Assembly: GCA_032718475.1 (NCBI GenBank)
Contig: JAUCBJ010004969.1
Span: forward strand, 1 to 64,000
DNA from: Nemertoderma westbladi
Lineage: Eukaryota > Animalia > Xenacoelomorpha
Reading direction: 5' to 3'
DNA length: 64,000 nucleotides
In this document: positions 36,552-48,504 of the stretch, piece after piece
Numbering within the stretch: the stretch's first letter is position 1
How the letters are laid out: every line of letters starts with the position of its first letter
Position numbers and translations under genes: made by a program
Notes under the pieces: generated by a model
Database searches by the model: none
Told to the model about the DNA's origin: nothing
Seen by the model: only the letters and a program-made list of their open reading frames with translations

Positions 36552-36860
36552 GTAGCGCGGCGAGATCTCCAGCGGCATCCCGGAGTTCATTATGCCGCTG
36601 GATTACCAGCCCCCCCCCCCCCCCCCTTCTTGCAGTTGAGGCCGTGGTTTAGGTCGAAGTCTGAACCACAGCCGTCACAGCGACTTGGGACCCCCACCAG
36701 TGGCCTACCGTATGATGGCTAGCGCGTCCCTGAATTCCTGTGGAGACAGGTCAAACTGGTGTTCCGCCAATGGGACTGACGAAACCCATCCGCCTGTCTT
36801 CATCTCGGTCAGTGTATGGGCGGTATCGCCACCCTCGACGGCCGCACCCACGCCCACCAC
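36552..36860 (-). mobile_element. CRE-clade non-LTR retrotransposon fragment (post-RT zinc-finger region)
   Basis: Minus strand reads [27 protein letters not shown]...[34 protein letters not shown]. Confidence 0.8.
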
Positions 36861-39729
36861 CCCTATTGAAAAGTTTTATTTTCTGCGCCGAACGCGGCGC
36901 CGGGTGCCTAAAATCCTGCGCCGGCTCCGAGCAAAACCACGCCGGGTGCAAAAAATCCTGCGCCGGCTCTGTGCAAAACCACGCCGGGTGCAAAAGATCC
37001 TGCGCCGGCTCTGTGCAAACCCACGCCCATGCCAGGTGCAAAAATCCTGCGCCGGCTCTGTGCAATGCAAAACGCTGCGCCGGGTGAAAAATCTTCCACC
37101 GGCTCTTCAAAGCTGCACCGGGCTGACTGGTATAAAACATAAAATCTGCCTGTTATACTGTACAGTACCTGTAGTTTATTCGGTTATCTATAATACTGCA
37201 GCTGCACTAATCCGAGTTGTTACTTAAACGAACGAAAGTTGTGGGTGGGTGAAATGAAAATAAGGACACAGAGACGGAAAACCTTAAAGACAAATGCAAC
37301 AAGTACAGTAGGTACGTTGTTTTATTCCAAAAGTGTAAAAATACGAAACAACTACTTAAGAAACACTGCATGTAAATTTTTGTTGTCAAGTAAAGTGTAC
37401 ATTTTTTGAAATTACTCAAATGTTACAATATGAATTATAGACAGAATATTAAAGACTACCGGTACTTCAGTAGGCCTAGTCCTTGTATTTATGTACTACG
37501 TTCTACTTTACTAGGCCTACATACTACGTACTGTGGTCCAGTATACGTCTATGCTACAGATACGGTATGTCTGAATGAATAATGACTAGCTGTATGTTAT
37601 GTTATGTTATTAATATCGCCAGAATAACAATAAAATATTAATTTTTGCACATGTACGTACACGTACAGTAGATTAAAATAAAATGAACACATAGGTATCT
37701 GCAAAGTACGCTAATAAGCGTATGTATGATTTTAAGAAAAATACGGATAATGGTATTCAGGTAAAATTAGTAAAATATTTAAAATTATAGTATATTTACA
37801 GTACTTACAGTTGGTGCATAATAATTATTAAAAAAAAATGAAATTACAGTAAAATTAAATTAAAAAACGGCAAAGCATACTTACAGTAGGTTCAAGGGCT
37901 TCAACAACATACAGTACTAAAGCAAACATATTAATAAGGACAAGTTTACAATACTCTATAGGATACAACACAACAATACGTAGTTATACGTAACATAAAT
38001 TTGGTACCGTAGGTAGTACCGTATGTCGCATAAGTAAAATATTACTGCTGAAATAAAACGCGCAAAGTAAAGTAACTACAAAAGGTAGGACAACAATTAA
38101 ACATAAAAAAACACTATTTTAAAATTTAACAAAAAAAAATGTTTTTTGAGATTGAAAAAATGAAAATAATAGGTACTGTAGCTAGATTTTAATAAAAATA
38201 TCGTTGTATCCGAAAGATATCGCTTTCGCTACTGCCACTTGGCGCACAGGAGTATCACTATATATTAATTTTAATGGACATTTCGCAGTCTAGTCTATTT
38301 TTGAATATGCTCAATCATGGAGTACCAAGGGTATTACGTGCATTAACAACACTTTCCGGTAATGGTAAAGGATTCCAAATGTTTACAACGCTGTCTGCAA
38401 AGTTGTTGCGTGTTAACATTGGTGGAGTTAGGAACGAAACTGGAAGAAATTACTTCGCTCAATTTTGTCAATCCCGTTGATAAACTTGTATGTTGTTATA
38501 AGGTCGGCTAGTACACGGCGATATATTAATGTCGGTAGTTTGAGTGCAAGTAGTCGGTTTTCATATGACAACTCATCCAGCGATAGTACAACTGTACAAG
38601 GCGAGTGACCACACGGTGTTGTACTTGTTCAAGACGTTCAATATTTATCATGTCGGAGGAATGGCGAACAAACATCTGTGTCGTATTCAAGAAGAGGCCG
38701 ACCACGAGCTTCCAAATATGTAAAAGTTCTTCGTATTAAATGTACGACTCGCATGGCGCGGGCTGGAGTCTTTGTGCAGTGAGCTGTGATGCTGTGAACT
38801 GGTGAAGGACAAGTCTGGTGTAAATGTAATTCCAAAATCACGTTCCTCGGTCAGTCGGTTGCCGATACAAGTGTCCATCCATTCATTGTGTAAAGGTTGC
38901 TTGGGGATTTCTAGAACCTAGATGCATGCATGACCTTGCACTTGGAGTCATTGAACTGCAATTTCCAATGGTTACACATGTGTGTCGGTAATAAATTGTT
39001 TCATTATCAATAGTGCCATAGTATAAGTCGTTTTGTTTTATTCACTGTTCAACTTCATTCTGTCTGCCCGTTTTATTATATGTGCAGTTTTATTTATACG
39101 CGTCTATGACAGCGGTGTCTCCATCCAAATAATATAATATAAATATAGCTTATACAATACAGCAATATTATGTAAATAAATAAACTGACTATGACCAATA
39201 GCAATAATGACTGATCAGCTGATAGCTGGTACTGTGATAGCCTACCTGCCTACTGCATAACAGCATAACTGCATAAGGTAAAATACGTAAATAAATGACC
39301 AGTTGCAGTCAGCCAGTGCTGCAGTGTGAGTTTCTTTTCTGCCTCCTGCATGGCCAGTTGTTATGTGTTGCTGTGCTGTTGGTCTGATGAACGCATGTCT
39401 GCTGTCTCAGTCTCACTGTCTGCCTGGTGCTAGGTTCGGCTGATTTCTGCGCCAGGCAAATATGTACGCCGGGTGTGCTGGGCTGATTCCTGCTCCGGCG
39501 CCGGGTCAATTTCTGCAGCGTCGACGCCGGGAATATTTCGACGCCTGCTGCGCCGAGCGCAGCATCTCTACCATTGCCAGTTCTCCGCCGGCTACGCCGG
39601 CGTAGCACATCTCTGCGCCGGCCAGTCCGGCTCATTGCCCGGCGTAGCACATTTCTGCGCCAGCTCCCGGCGCAAGTTCTAGTGCTGCGCCGAACGTGCT
39701 CGGCGTACATGTAAAACTTTTCAATAGGG
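36861..39729. mobile_element. Non-autonomous DNA transposon, 18-bp TIR, 8-bp TSD, GCGCCGG subterminal repeats
   Basis: TIR CCCTATTGAAAAGTTTTA at both ends; TSD CCCACCAC at 36853-36860 and 39730-39737. Confidence 0.85.
38270..38975 (-). mobile_element. Decayed CR1-type LINE 3' fragment inside the DNA transposon
   Basis: RPLLEYDTDVCSPF...LERVQ...LSYENRLLALKLPTLIYRR..ADLITTYKFI...RVVNIWN.LP motifs. Confidence 0.75.
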
Positions 39730-41209
39730 CCCACCACCTCGTCGTGGGAGAGTACTCATAATATTAATAATAGGATTACGGCCGTTGATGTGTATTCGGT
39801 CCATGTTTCTAGGTATGCTTAATAATCAATTTGGTGCACACCACTTGTGTTTGTTTTTTTAAATAGCCCATTTAGAGGAAAAGCAGCAGGTTAATGAGGC
39901 TGGCTTTTCTAACCAAAACAATAAACGATCACTTTTCCATTCAAATATAATTGCTTTACTCAAGCAAGTATAATTGCAGTAATTTAAGTTACTTTTTTAC
40001 ATAAAGGTATTTTTTATATAAAGGTTTAGAAGTATAATTGCACTATTTCAATGTACTTTTATTTCCAATATCTTGCTGAATGTTTGATAGGCCTACTCTA
40101 CATCTGATGCAGAAAACAATATTTGTTTTTGTCAAGGATTTGCAGAAATCGTCTATCTTAAAGGAACAAAATAACAAATCTACACAGATCAGATATAGTG
40201 CTGTCAGTTGAGTAGTAAGGATATTTCTGATCTTCTTTTAGGACAAAAATTTCCAGTGTACCGGTATATACAGTAGGCCTAGTTAATTCGTCACCTGATG
40301 CTAACTTTTCTCTTCATGCTGGTACCGGCAGACATGGCTATTAAGTTATCTCTCTAATCGTTGCAGATTTGTTGCATATATGATCCATTATTCCACAGGA
40401 AATGACTGACAAACAACTAATACATAATGTAACTGACATTTGTTTCAAACAAATGCAAGTTACATTATGTATTCAGTACATTGTGTGCCAGTCATGTTGC
40501 GTCGTTATGGCAAACCCCGCCATTCGTGTACAGTGTAAAGCTAAATGAGTAAATCTAAATAAGAACAAAATGTCCGTTAAATTGTTGAATTGTGCACTGG
40601 AATACAGTGGCTGAATTCGGCCAAAATTAATTATATTATGGAAACACGTTTTTGGTGATGTTGTAAAATTAATTATATTATGAAAACACGTTTCTCACCC
40701 AGACAGTCTGGCGCCAATGACACTCATAAGGTGACATTGGGTGTCACCCAGACAGTCTGGCGCCAGTCAGTGGGGTCTAACTGTCACCAAGCCGGCCAAG
40801 ACTCTACTACTAATGTAGTTGAAGGGAAGATAGTTTGTCCTTGTTGCTGTTCAGAATTAAAGTCCAGTATATCAAAAAAGCTGATTGTACATCTCCATAA
40901 AAACATTACCTAGTACATTACCCACATTGTAGACGTACTGCCCATGGTTATCGCCAACAAGGGTGAGCCGACAATCAGCTAACTGATATTGTGCATGTGT
41001 GTTTTGTGAAGTTCAATTATTTTATATTATTTTATATAATTAGTTGGCACATTATACTTTCTATTTAAAGTGTACATACATATAATATATCATTTGTATT
41101 CTTAAATTGTTACTTTTTCGCTCAAATATACCCAAAACCCTTTTTTCCCAATCAGGACAATTACTTTGCTGAAGATTAAGAAGTTCCGTGACTAGTACTA
41201 CGTAGTAGG

Positions 41210-42070
41210 TGAATAGTACTATACTAATTAATACTACAATAGTAATACTAACAGTTGGCCGTGTCTCACAGCTACCTCCTACTGTATTTCAGATACTCTC
41301 ATCCCGGTTTCACAACACTACTGCCGCTAAATGTGGAATGCCACAGTACTGGTTCTGCTACTGCAGTACCTACAAAATCTATATATATAATTATATCAAT
41401 CAAGAGATTAAATAATATTTTTATAATCTGAGGCGAATCGGAGCAGCACTTAGGCTGCTTAGCGATAGTCCAGGAATTATTAAAAAAAATGGAAATAAAA
41501 ACCAATACGAAAAAAAAGGCAATTAAAAACTGGTATTGAAGAAAAAGATAATAAAAACCAGTAAGAAAAAGGCAAGTAAATCATGGTGATTAAAAAGAAA
41601 AGTCAAAACTTTTATAGGTAATAAAGAAAAAATGAATAGTAAAAACCAGGTAAAAAAAGGCATTTAAAAACTGGTGATAAAATAAGAATGTAAAAACTAA
41701 TAATAAAGAAATGGGAAGAAAACCAGTAAGAAAAAACGGCAAGTAAAGTAAAGTAAAAACTGATAGATTGCACAACCACATGATACCCCCTTGGTTTGGC
41801 CGCTGGTTCCTATTGATACTTTGGCCTTTCTATCTAAATCATGTACCGGTACTTCACACATTCATTTAAGTCTCTTTGGGTTGTGAACTCATAACTCAGT
41901 TCTACCCAGTAGTTACTGGTATGATTCACAACTCGTATCTTGTAGTTTAATTAGTTTAATTTAATTAGTTAGTTTAATTTTAATAGCGCTCATAGTACTT
42001 TCACACCTCTCATACTGTACTGATGTTACTCTTATTCCACTGTGCCACTGTTTTAGTAGCATTCTTATAC
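41210..42070 (-). repeat. Third copy of the foldback-arm sequence
   Basis: Closely matches 35565-36455, including the empty RTE target site. Confidence 0.85.
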
Positions 42071-42654
42071 GTAGGCCTTATACGTAGGCCTTTCGTAGGT
42101 CAGGTTGACCTGAATTAATTAGTCTGTTGAATGTGTCAGTTTGTGTTTAACCCCTGTTTTTAGATCCCCCATCACCTCTGTCAGTAACGTCTTGGCTGTC
42201 AGGTTCCTATCTACTAGTGTAAAGTTCGGTGTGTCAGTGAGGAATGACAAAGTATCCAAACTAAAGTCTCTAACATAGTGTTGTCAGTTATTAAGTTCAG
42301 TAAAAGGCGTCATTAGGATGAGCCAATGGCAAACTGTAATTGTGGTATTGGTACCACCCCTGTCCCGTGTCATGCAATTTTGCCATTGGATCAGAGACTC
42401 GTCACATGGTACAATCGTCGCCCCCCACATGCAGTCCTATACGTCCTCTGTATAATACCGTGGTGTCCGTGGCAATGTCATTTGCTCCACAAATTCCAGA
42501 CCTAGAAAGGCGTGGTTGGAAAGGGATCGAGCAATATTGGATCTGATCTCTAGAACAAGAGTCTCCGAGTGTTTAACAGCTGTGAAGAGTCCGTGGTGTA
42601 GTGTGGCTTATAACTTGCCTTGGCTAATGGCGGATAGATCGATGTCGACAGGTC

Positions 42655-43030
42655 TGCCCCCATCTCTGTCTCACCCAAAACCCCACCCCAGCCCCCACCC
42701 TCATGTCTCACCCCCACCTCCCACCCCACACCCTCACGCTCTGCCCCCCACTTACCAATCCCACCCATCCACTCTGTTCTAATCTAACCATCAATTAAAT
42801 CTGTCTATTCTGGTACTCAACCGGCCTCTCTCAACCCCTGTCCCCAACCCCTTGTCCCTCATGCCCCCCCCCCCCCCCCCCCCGCCCTCCACCCCCCACC
42901 GCCTACCCCCACACTCCACCCCACCCCATCCCCCACCCCATGCCCCACCCGCCACCCCAACCTGGCACCCCCACAACCCACATCCCACCCTCCCCACCCC
43001 CCACATACACAGACCCACACTCCCACACAC
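42655..43030 (-). other. C-run tract on plus strand (G-quadruplex-prone on minus strand)
   Basis: Dense runs of three or more C over ~370 bp. Confidence 0.7.
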
Positions 43031-43224
43031 GGTTTTCTGCGGTAAGTTGTCTGCTATTTTCATTATTTGATTGTGTGGCCCTTACTTAAAAGAGCCACTC
43101 AGAAATAGGAATTACTGTGGACACTAACCACAGCAAGTAGATTGGCCCTTAAAAGGGCCGTTTGGGTTGTTAGGACTTAATGTGGGCGCTACACCACAGC
43201 AGGTAGAGCATCCTGGATAGTGCA

Positions 43225-43640
43225 ATACAACTTGCACTGTCCGACATCACTAAGGTGTATGCCATCAGAGTGAAGCAAGGCTCCTCCCTGCAGCCGATGG
43301 CATAGAGCACCTTTCATGGCTATGATGCGGTCGTATTGGTTTTACCTCAGCCACGCCGCCATCCTGCTGTTTGTAGCCACACGCCACGAATCAAAATCGG
43401 GGTCCACAGGTATTCTCTTCAGGCGCTTTGACGCGGGACGATTTGTGCCCATAAATCAGAGGAGGCCTCATTGGATGAATATTCTGTAATCATTGCCTTC
43501 AATTTGGTGACAACAAAATCTGTCTCTCTCACACACAGATCGTTGCCTCCAAACATTATAACAATGATACAGGGTTTCTTCTCCCAATGTCTACTCCACT
43601 GGCTCCCCCTCACAATCTGGCCTCCCTGGTGACCCAGGGT
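43225..43640 (-). pseudogene. SGNH/GDSL esterase remnant, probably retroelement-borne (DIRS/Ngaro or CR1/L2-type)
   Basis: IIVIMFGGNDL (block III) and HSDGIHLSDVG (block V) on the minus strand. Confidence 0.6.
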
Positions 43641-44989
43641 TTGGGCCAGAAAGGAAATCAGTAAAGGGACTCACAAAATTGTTGGCAGCAGTCATCCCAC
43701 TCCATACCACATCCCAAAAAAATAGCAGGTGAATGGTCATCAATTATTGTCAAACTTTCACTAATAATTCGATTATGTTTGCATAAAAAACAGACATTAA
43801 GAAAATTTGGTTAGTATAATTATAAGTAGCTCAATGATGGTTCATTCACGTAAAATTCCTGAAGAGATTGATCACTTTAAAATTGCCATCCCTACCCAGC
43901 TGCAATACGATGGACAACAAGGTAGATGAGATAAATGATATAAAATTGAGATAAATTATTATATAGAAACAAAATGTTCCAGAACTATATATGTGTATTT
44001 ATTTAATAGAATAATTTAATTATCACAACTACATTTAAAAATAAATGTATATAATTGTGTTAATTCTAATCATACCACAAACAGCTTTCAAATAAAAAAA
44101 CTATTTAGGTAGAAGAATAACTGCAAATGTAACTTGGGGCAATATAAATATCACATTAAAAATCCTGACACGACCAAATGTATCTCATTAAGATTTGTAA
44201 AAGAAAATTATAGGGATGAGAGGGTTTCCAAAAGAATTACTTTTCAGTAGCAGTTAGAAACATGAATTAATATAATATAATAGTAATAATAATCATAAAA
44301 TATGTAGTTAATTTCTTCAAACTTACTTCTATATAAATTGAAGTGATAAAGTTTGTCCTTCTTTATGATGGATGTTGTTATATGGAACCTGGCAGGTTCT
44401 ACCTGCTCCGTAGCTGCATCTATTACAGCAGACTGAGCCCATCCAGATATCACCCAACCACCGCGATATCTTTTCAGTTCGTTACGGATGTGATTCCGTG
44501 CCTAATCATTAGTGACGGATTGATTGTGTCTGAGGCTATAAATAATTATTTATACACTAAATAACTAAATAATTTGGTACTAGGATGTTGTCAAGGATCT
44601 GAAGGTGCGAATAAGCAGACTAATGGAAATAATCACGTTACTGTGGCAGGTTATTACAACCAAAACAATTAAATAAGTCAATATCAGGGGTTTCAGTTTA
44701 TATGTATATTAATGACAAAAGATGAAACAAAGCTCTTAATAGCGTGGTAAAAGTCAGCACTTCTACAAAATACCCTATATTTCGGGCACAAAACTTACAG
44801 TGTAATAAAATGCGTTAACTAACATAACATAAGGCTTCATTATAGGTATCTGTACGCACTGATATGGGATTTGCGTCCAGTTTCTCACCCTCTCCATATC
44901 TCGACGAGATACTAAAATATATGCCCGAGACCAATCTGTGATTGTGTGTATATTTACTTTGGAGTTAATGTTAATCTTTATTTGATAGA

Positions 44990-45650
44990 CTATACCAAAT
45001 CTGTTACTTGAAGTACATCTTTAGGGAAGAATAACATCGGAAATTCAGTGTTCGAAAACATGTGTGGTATAATAATGTTATCCTCCTTATCAATTATCAT
45101 CTTGTCCCATTTAGGTCGAAACGAGACTACCCACTCCTTGTGAACTGTGCGAAAGCATGGGCATGGTTGAACTCTAACCAGCCCATTGCCCCCTTGCTGG
45201 CGCAAACATAATCCATAGAAATCTGTATCAAAAATATATTTATATTATATGGAGAAAATATTTCGGCGAATGATTTAATAAATCCAAAACATTTTCACAA
45301 TGTTGTGCATGCTACAAAAACCTTGAATAATGCAACTCAACTCAAAGTTGGTTATGTTCTTCGGAAATTGGATAATTTAATCAGGTGTGAAGCCATTAAA
45401 TCGCAGAATGCAGAAATTCAAGCACTGGTAAACAACTTCATGTGACTGTACAAGTGGCATGTCAAAATCTCATCTTCTTCTTTGTATAGAATGAAGAAAT
45501 CCCATTTTAATAAAGTTGATGACCTTACAGAGGATATCCTTTCATTACACAATTATACTAGAGACGGCGTCAAGACGCCGTTAAGCAAGTCGGAAGTCAT
45601 CAATCAAATGTAAATTCCATCAACAAGCTGTCATTGGTGTTATTTTACCA
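44990..45650 (+). pseudogene. Degenerate tyrosine-recombinase-like transposon protein
   Basis: DLINPKHFHNVVHATK...LKVGYVLRK...WHVKISSSSLYRMKKSHFNK...LTEDILSLHNY, plus a possible catalytic-end relic STSLGKN...LSHLGRNETTH. Confidence 0.45.
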
Positions 45651-45659
45651 TTGCGCCTA

Positions 45660-45900
45660 TGGCGTTTTTTCATTAATCTCTATTTTTCGAGCCCACGGCT
45701 CATGGACGAAATAGCGGAACATACCAGGGACCTTAGAATCGCGGTATCTAGCCGCTGTGAAAATTTGATCAAAATCGTTAAGAGTAGTTTTGGCTGTAGA
45801 TCAGTCAGTCAGCCAGTCAGTCCAGTCAGTCAGCCAGTCAATCAGCCAACAATTCTTACAGTAATCAAGTCCTACGACTTGCTAATTAATGTAAACATAA
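45660..45900 (+). mobile_element. DINE-1/HINE-like repeat fragment
   Basis: TGAAAATTTGATCAAAATCG followed by a (CAGT)n microsatellite. Confidence 0.45.
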
Positions 45901-46229
45901 AATCAATATTGTTAATGGAACCATCAGAACGGGATAGTCGAAACACTAAGTAATGAACCTAAAGTGCAGTGTTGTAAAAGTGGGGTTAAATAGAGATATT
46001 ACAGCCCAAACCACAAGCGAAGTTATGGATTACAACAGCAGAATACCTTATTATGTATTTACTGTATAATATAATGCATGATAGCCGGCAAGCAGCTCTG
46101 TTGTATATTGCAACAGATGGATGGTATACTATACTGTATCGAAAGCAATAACAATATTCTAACTATTATAAATTATCATACACACAATATTTTAAGATGT
46201 AAATATTTTCATTGTAGAATCCAGTGACT

Positions 46230-46590
46230 GCTGTACAATATCTACTGTAAAATCCCAACAATCGGGCCTAAATAATAGATACCAATGTACACAAACTACT
46301 ACTGGCGAGATCGGTGCCTGATGTCTTCCCCTAAACTTGGGCGAATCAAATGCCCTGGCTAACTTGACAATCGGGGTGACCAGTCCCTAACTGGTGAGGC
46401 AGAAATACAGTCTACAGAAACAGACCAAACTCGCAAGAAAACAATACCCGCGTAGCAAATCCTAACTACCGCTAATGGACCTAAACTACTGTAGACTTGC
46501 CGTGGAGTGATTTATATGGGTATAACAAGCCAGTGGGTTGATAAAACTAGCGTAAAACAATACTGTTGACAGACAAAAGCAGTCAAAAAA
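46230..46590 (-). mobile_element. Diverged fragment of the BEL leader
   Basis: Reverse complement of ~6040-6380, e.g. GTACACAAACTACTACTGGCGAG and CAGACCAAACTC...AATCCTAACTA...GTGATTTATATGG. Confidence 0.8.
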
Positions 46591-47189
46591 AGGGTAATAT
46601 CAGTAGAATAAGAATCATATAATAAGAATAAGAATCATTGAGTTGTGTAATCAATAATCGTAATAAAAACGTACAGTATAATAGATAGCACGCAGTACAC
46701 AGTGTGGTGGGCGATTGCATGCGACACAGATGGGTGTTAGGATAGGGTTAGGATGGGTAACTGGGGAAATGCAACGTGTCTACGTGTAGTCGAATTTCAA
46801 ATCCCATATGACACACTGGCGGTCGAGTGGCAGGAAATCATTAAGTTGGCAATCAATACCCCCAAAAAATATATTGAGTTTAAATTCAACAATTTTCATA
46901 GATATAAGCACAATCTTGAAGTTGATACCAGTAGCATATCTATTATACATTTCTGCATTTCCAAATAGAAGTTGTATGACTAAAAAAAAGAAAAAATTGA
47001 GTAGCGAATAATTTCCAATTAAATAAAAAGAGAGAACATCTTAACTTTTTTGTGATAAAAAAAGGAGGGGCCTAAACAGAGAAAAAAAAAGTTGTTCATT
47101 GAAGGAAAGTAGTATAGCATAGACTTGAGCTAGTTAAGAGCAACTTAATGAGATCAACTGCAATACTCGTCTACACTAGCCAAACATTC

Positions 47190-47960
47190 CCAAGTTAGTT
47201 CAGGCTGCACCATTGTTGCCACCAGAACCACTAGGGACAATTACCCTTTCGAGATCATGTAGATTTGAAATATTATCCATCTTTATTGCTTTGTCGTCGG
47301 GTTTGACACGGACGAAGACAGCACAGTCGAAAGTAAAGGCCGCAGAAATACAATTAGATGATTTCATCTTTGATACTGCTCGGAATAATGCCGCATGATC
47401 ACGTGTCAGATGTTCTGTGACATATATCCCGTCAGTGAGACTCTTTCGGTTTCATAAAGTGGTTTTACGCGAGGAGTGCCCATATAATTTTACTATTATG
47501 GGGCGAGAATTAACCCTGTTGGAACCGTTTGCGAGAAGAACTTCAGGGGTTTGAGTGTTCGAGCGTTTCCGACCAAGCCGGTGGAATATATCGACCTCCT
47601 TTAGGGATAGACCAATTTTAGACAACGTATCCGAGAGTAAGGACTTCTCGGAGGAGAGGTCGCGCTGTTCCGGGAGAGTGTGGATAAGGATATTAGTACG
47701 CATCGTGTACTGGCGAAGGTCATCATTCTCTGCCTGGAGAGCAGTGATATCCGCCTCGAGTTTTACCGTAGACGGTTCCAGCTTTCTTGTCGAAATTTCC
47801 AACAATGCCACTTTATCAAAAAGTAGTGGGATTTTTGCACAGTCAGACTTGATCTGTTTGATATCGCCATGGAGGTCATGAAGCCATTGTAGAAGTTTAG
47901 GGCCACATTCCTTCCAATGATTCTTCTGTCTAAGAGCTGAAGCGAGGATTTAATGCTAAC
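47190..47960 (-). pseudogene. LINE (CR1/L2-type) ORF1 protein with coiled coil and RRM-like domain, disrupted
   Basis: DDLRQYTMRTNILIHTLPE...FHRLGR...RPIIVKL...IYVTEHLT motifs. Confidence 0.75.
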
Positions 47961-48504
47961 TGAGTCACCGTTAACGGTACCAGTAGTTAAACGCGTCCAG
48001 ATAGCAGACTGTTTGGATTCTAGGCCTACTTTACGACATCACCGTACAGCAGTGCTCTGCAGTACAGAGTCGTGCAGTAGTAAAATCGAGGTATCGGATA
48101 TCGAGGTAGTCATGGTCGAGTGAAAAGCTGGGTCAAAACATGGGTGGATATCGAGGTAGTCGTGGTGGATTGAAAAGCCGGGTCAAAACGTGGGTGGATA
48201 TCTAGGTAGTCGCGGTCGTGTGAAGGAAAACAAGGTCTAATTAAGGGTGGGTGGAAGAAGTAATCGTGGTAAGTGGAGAACAGTGTCGTAAAGGTATAAT
48301 ACAAAGCAAAATAATAATACAAAATGCAAATCAAAAGAAATACAAATAGGAACAAAATACAAAAAGAACAGGGAACTCTTTAAAATATTGTTCCTTCTTT
48401 TATACTCATTCAACAGCTGATATTGATAATCAGCTGTGTCAAAGCCACTTAACCAGTCAACCAAAACCTTCATTTCAAATTGGTTTCAGCCGATTAAAAC
48501 ATGG

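Larger units (their letters stand above)
29712..40175. repeat. Large interrupted inverted repeat (foldback-like): left arm ~29712-33220, right arm ~33840-40175
   Basis: 32382-33220 is the reverse complement of 33840-36310 once two MITEs are removed. 30115-30370 matches 36298-36548. 29712-29940 matches 39940-40175. Confidence 0.8.

Noticed and set aside
36571-36601. CCAGCGGCAT...ATGCCGCTGG hairpin as a terminator or ncRNA
   Set aside because: It falls inside CRE coding sequence ([11 protein letters not shown] on the minus strand), so it is likely incidental.
36685-37227. Arg/Cys-rich ORFs
   Set aside because: They are translations of the transposon's subterminal GCGCCGG repeats.
42791-43070. 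Poly-Pro and poly-Gly ORFs
   Set aside because: They arise from a low-complexity C-run tract.
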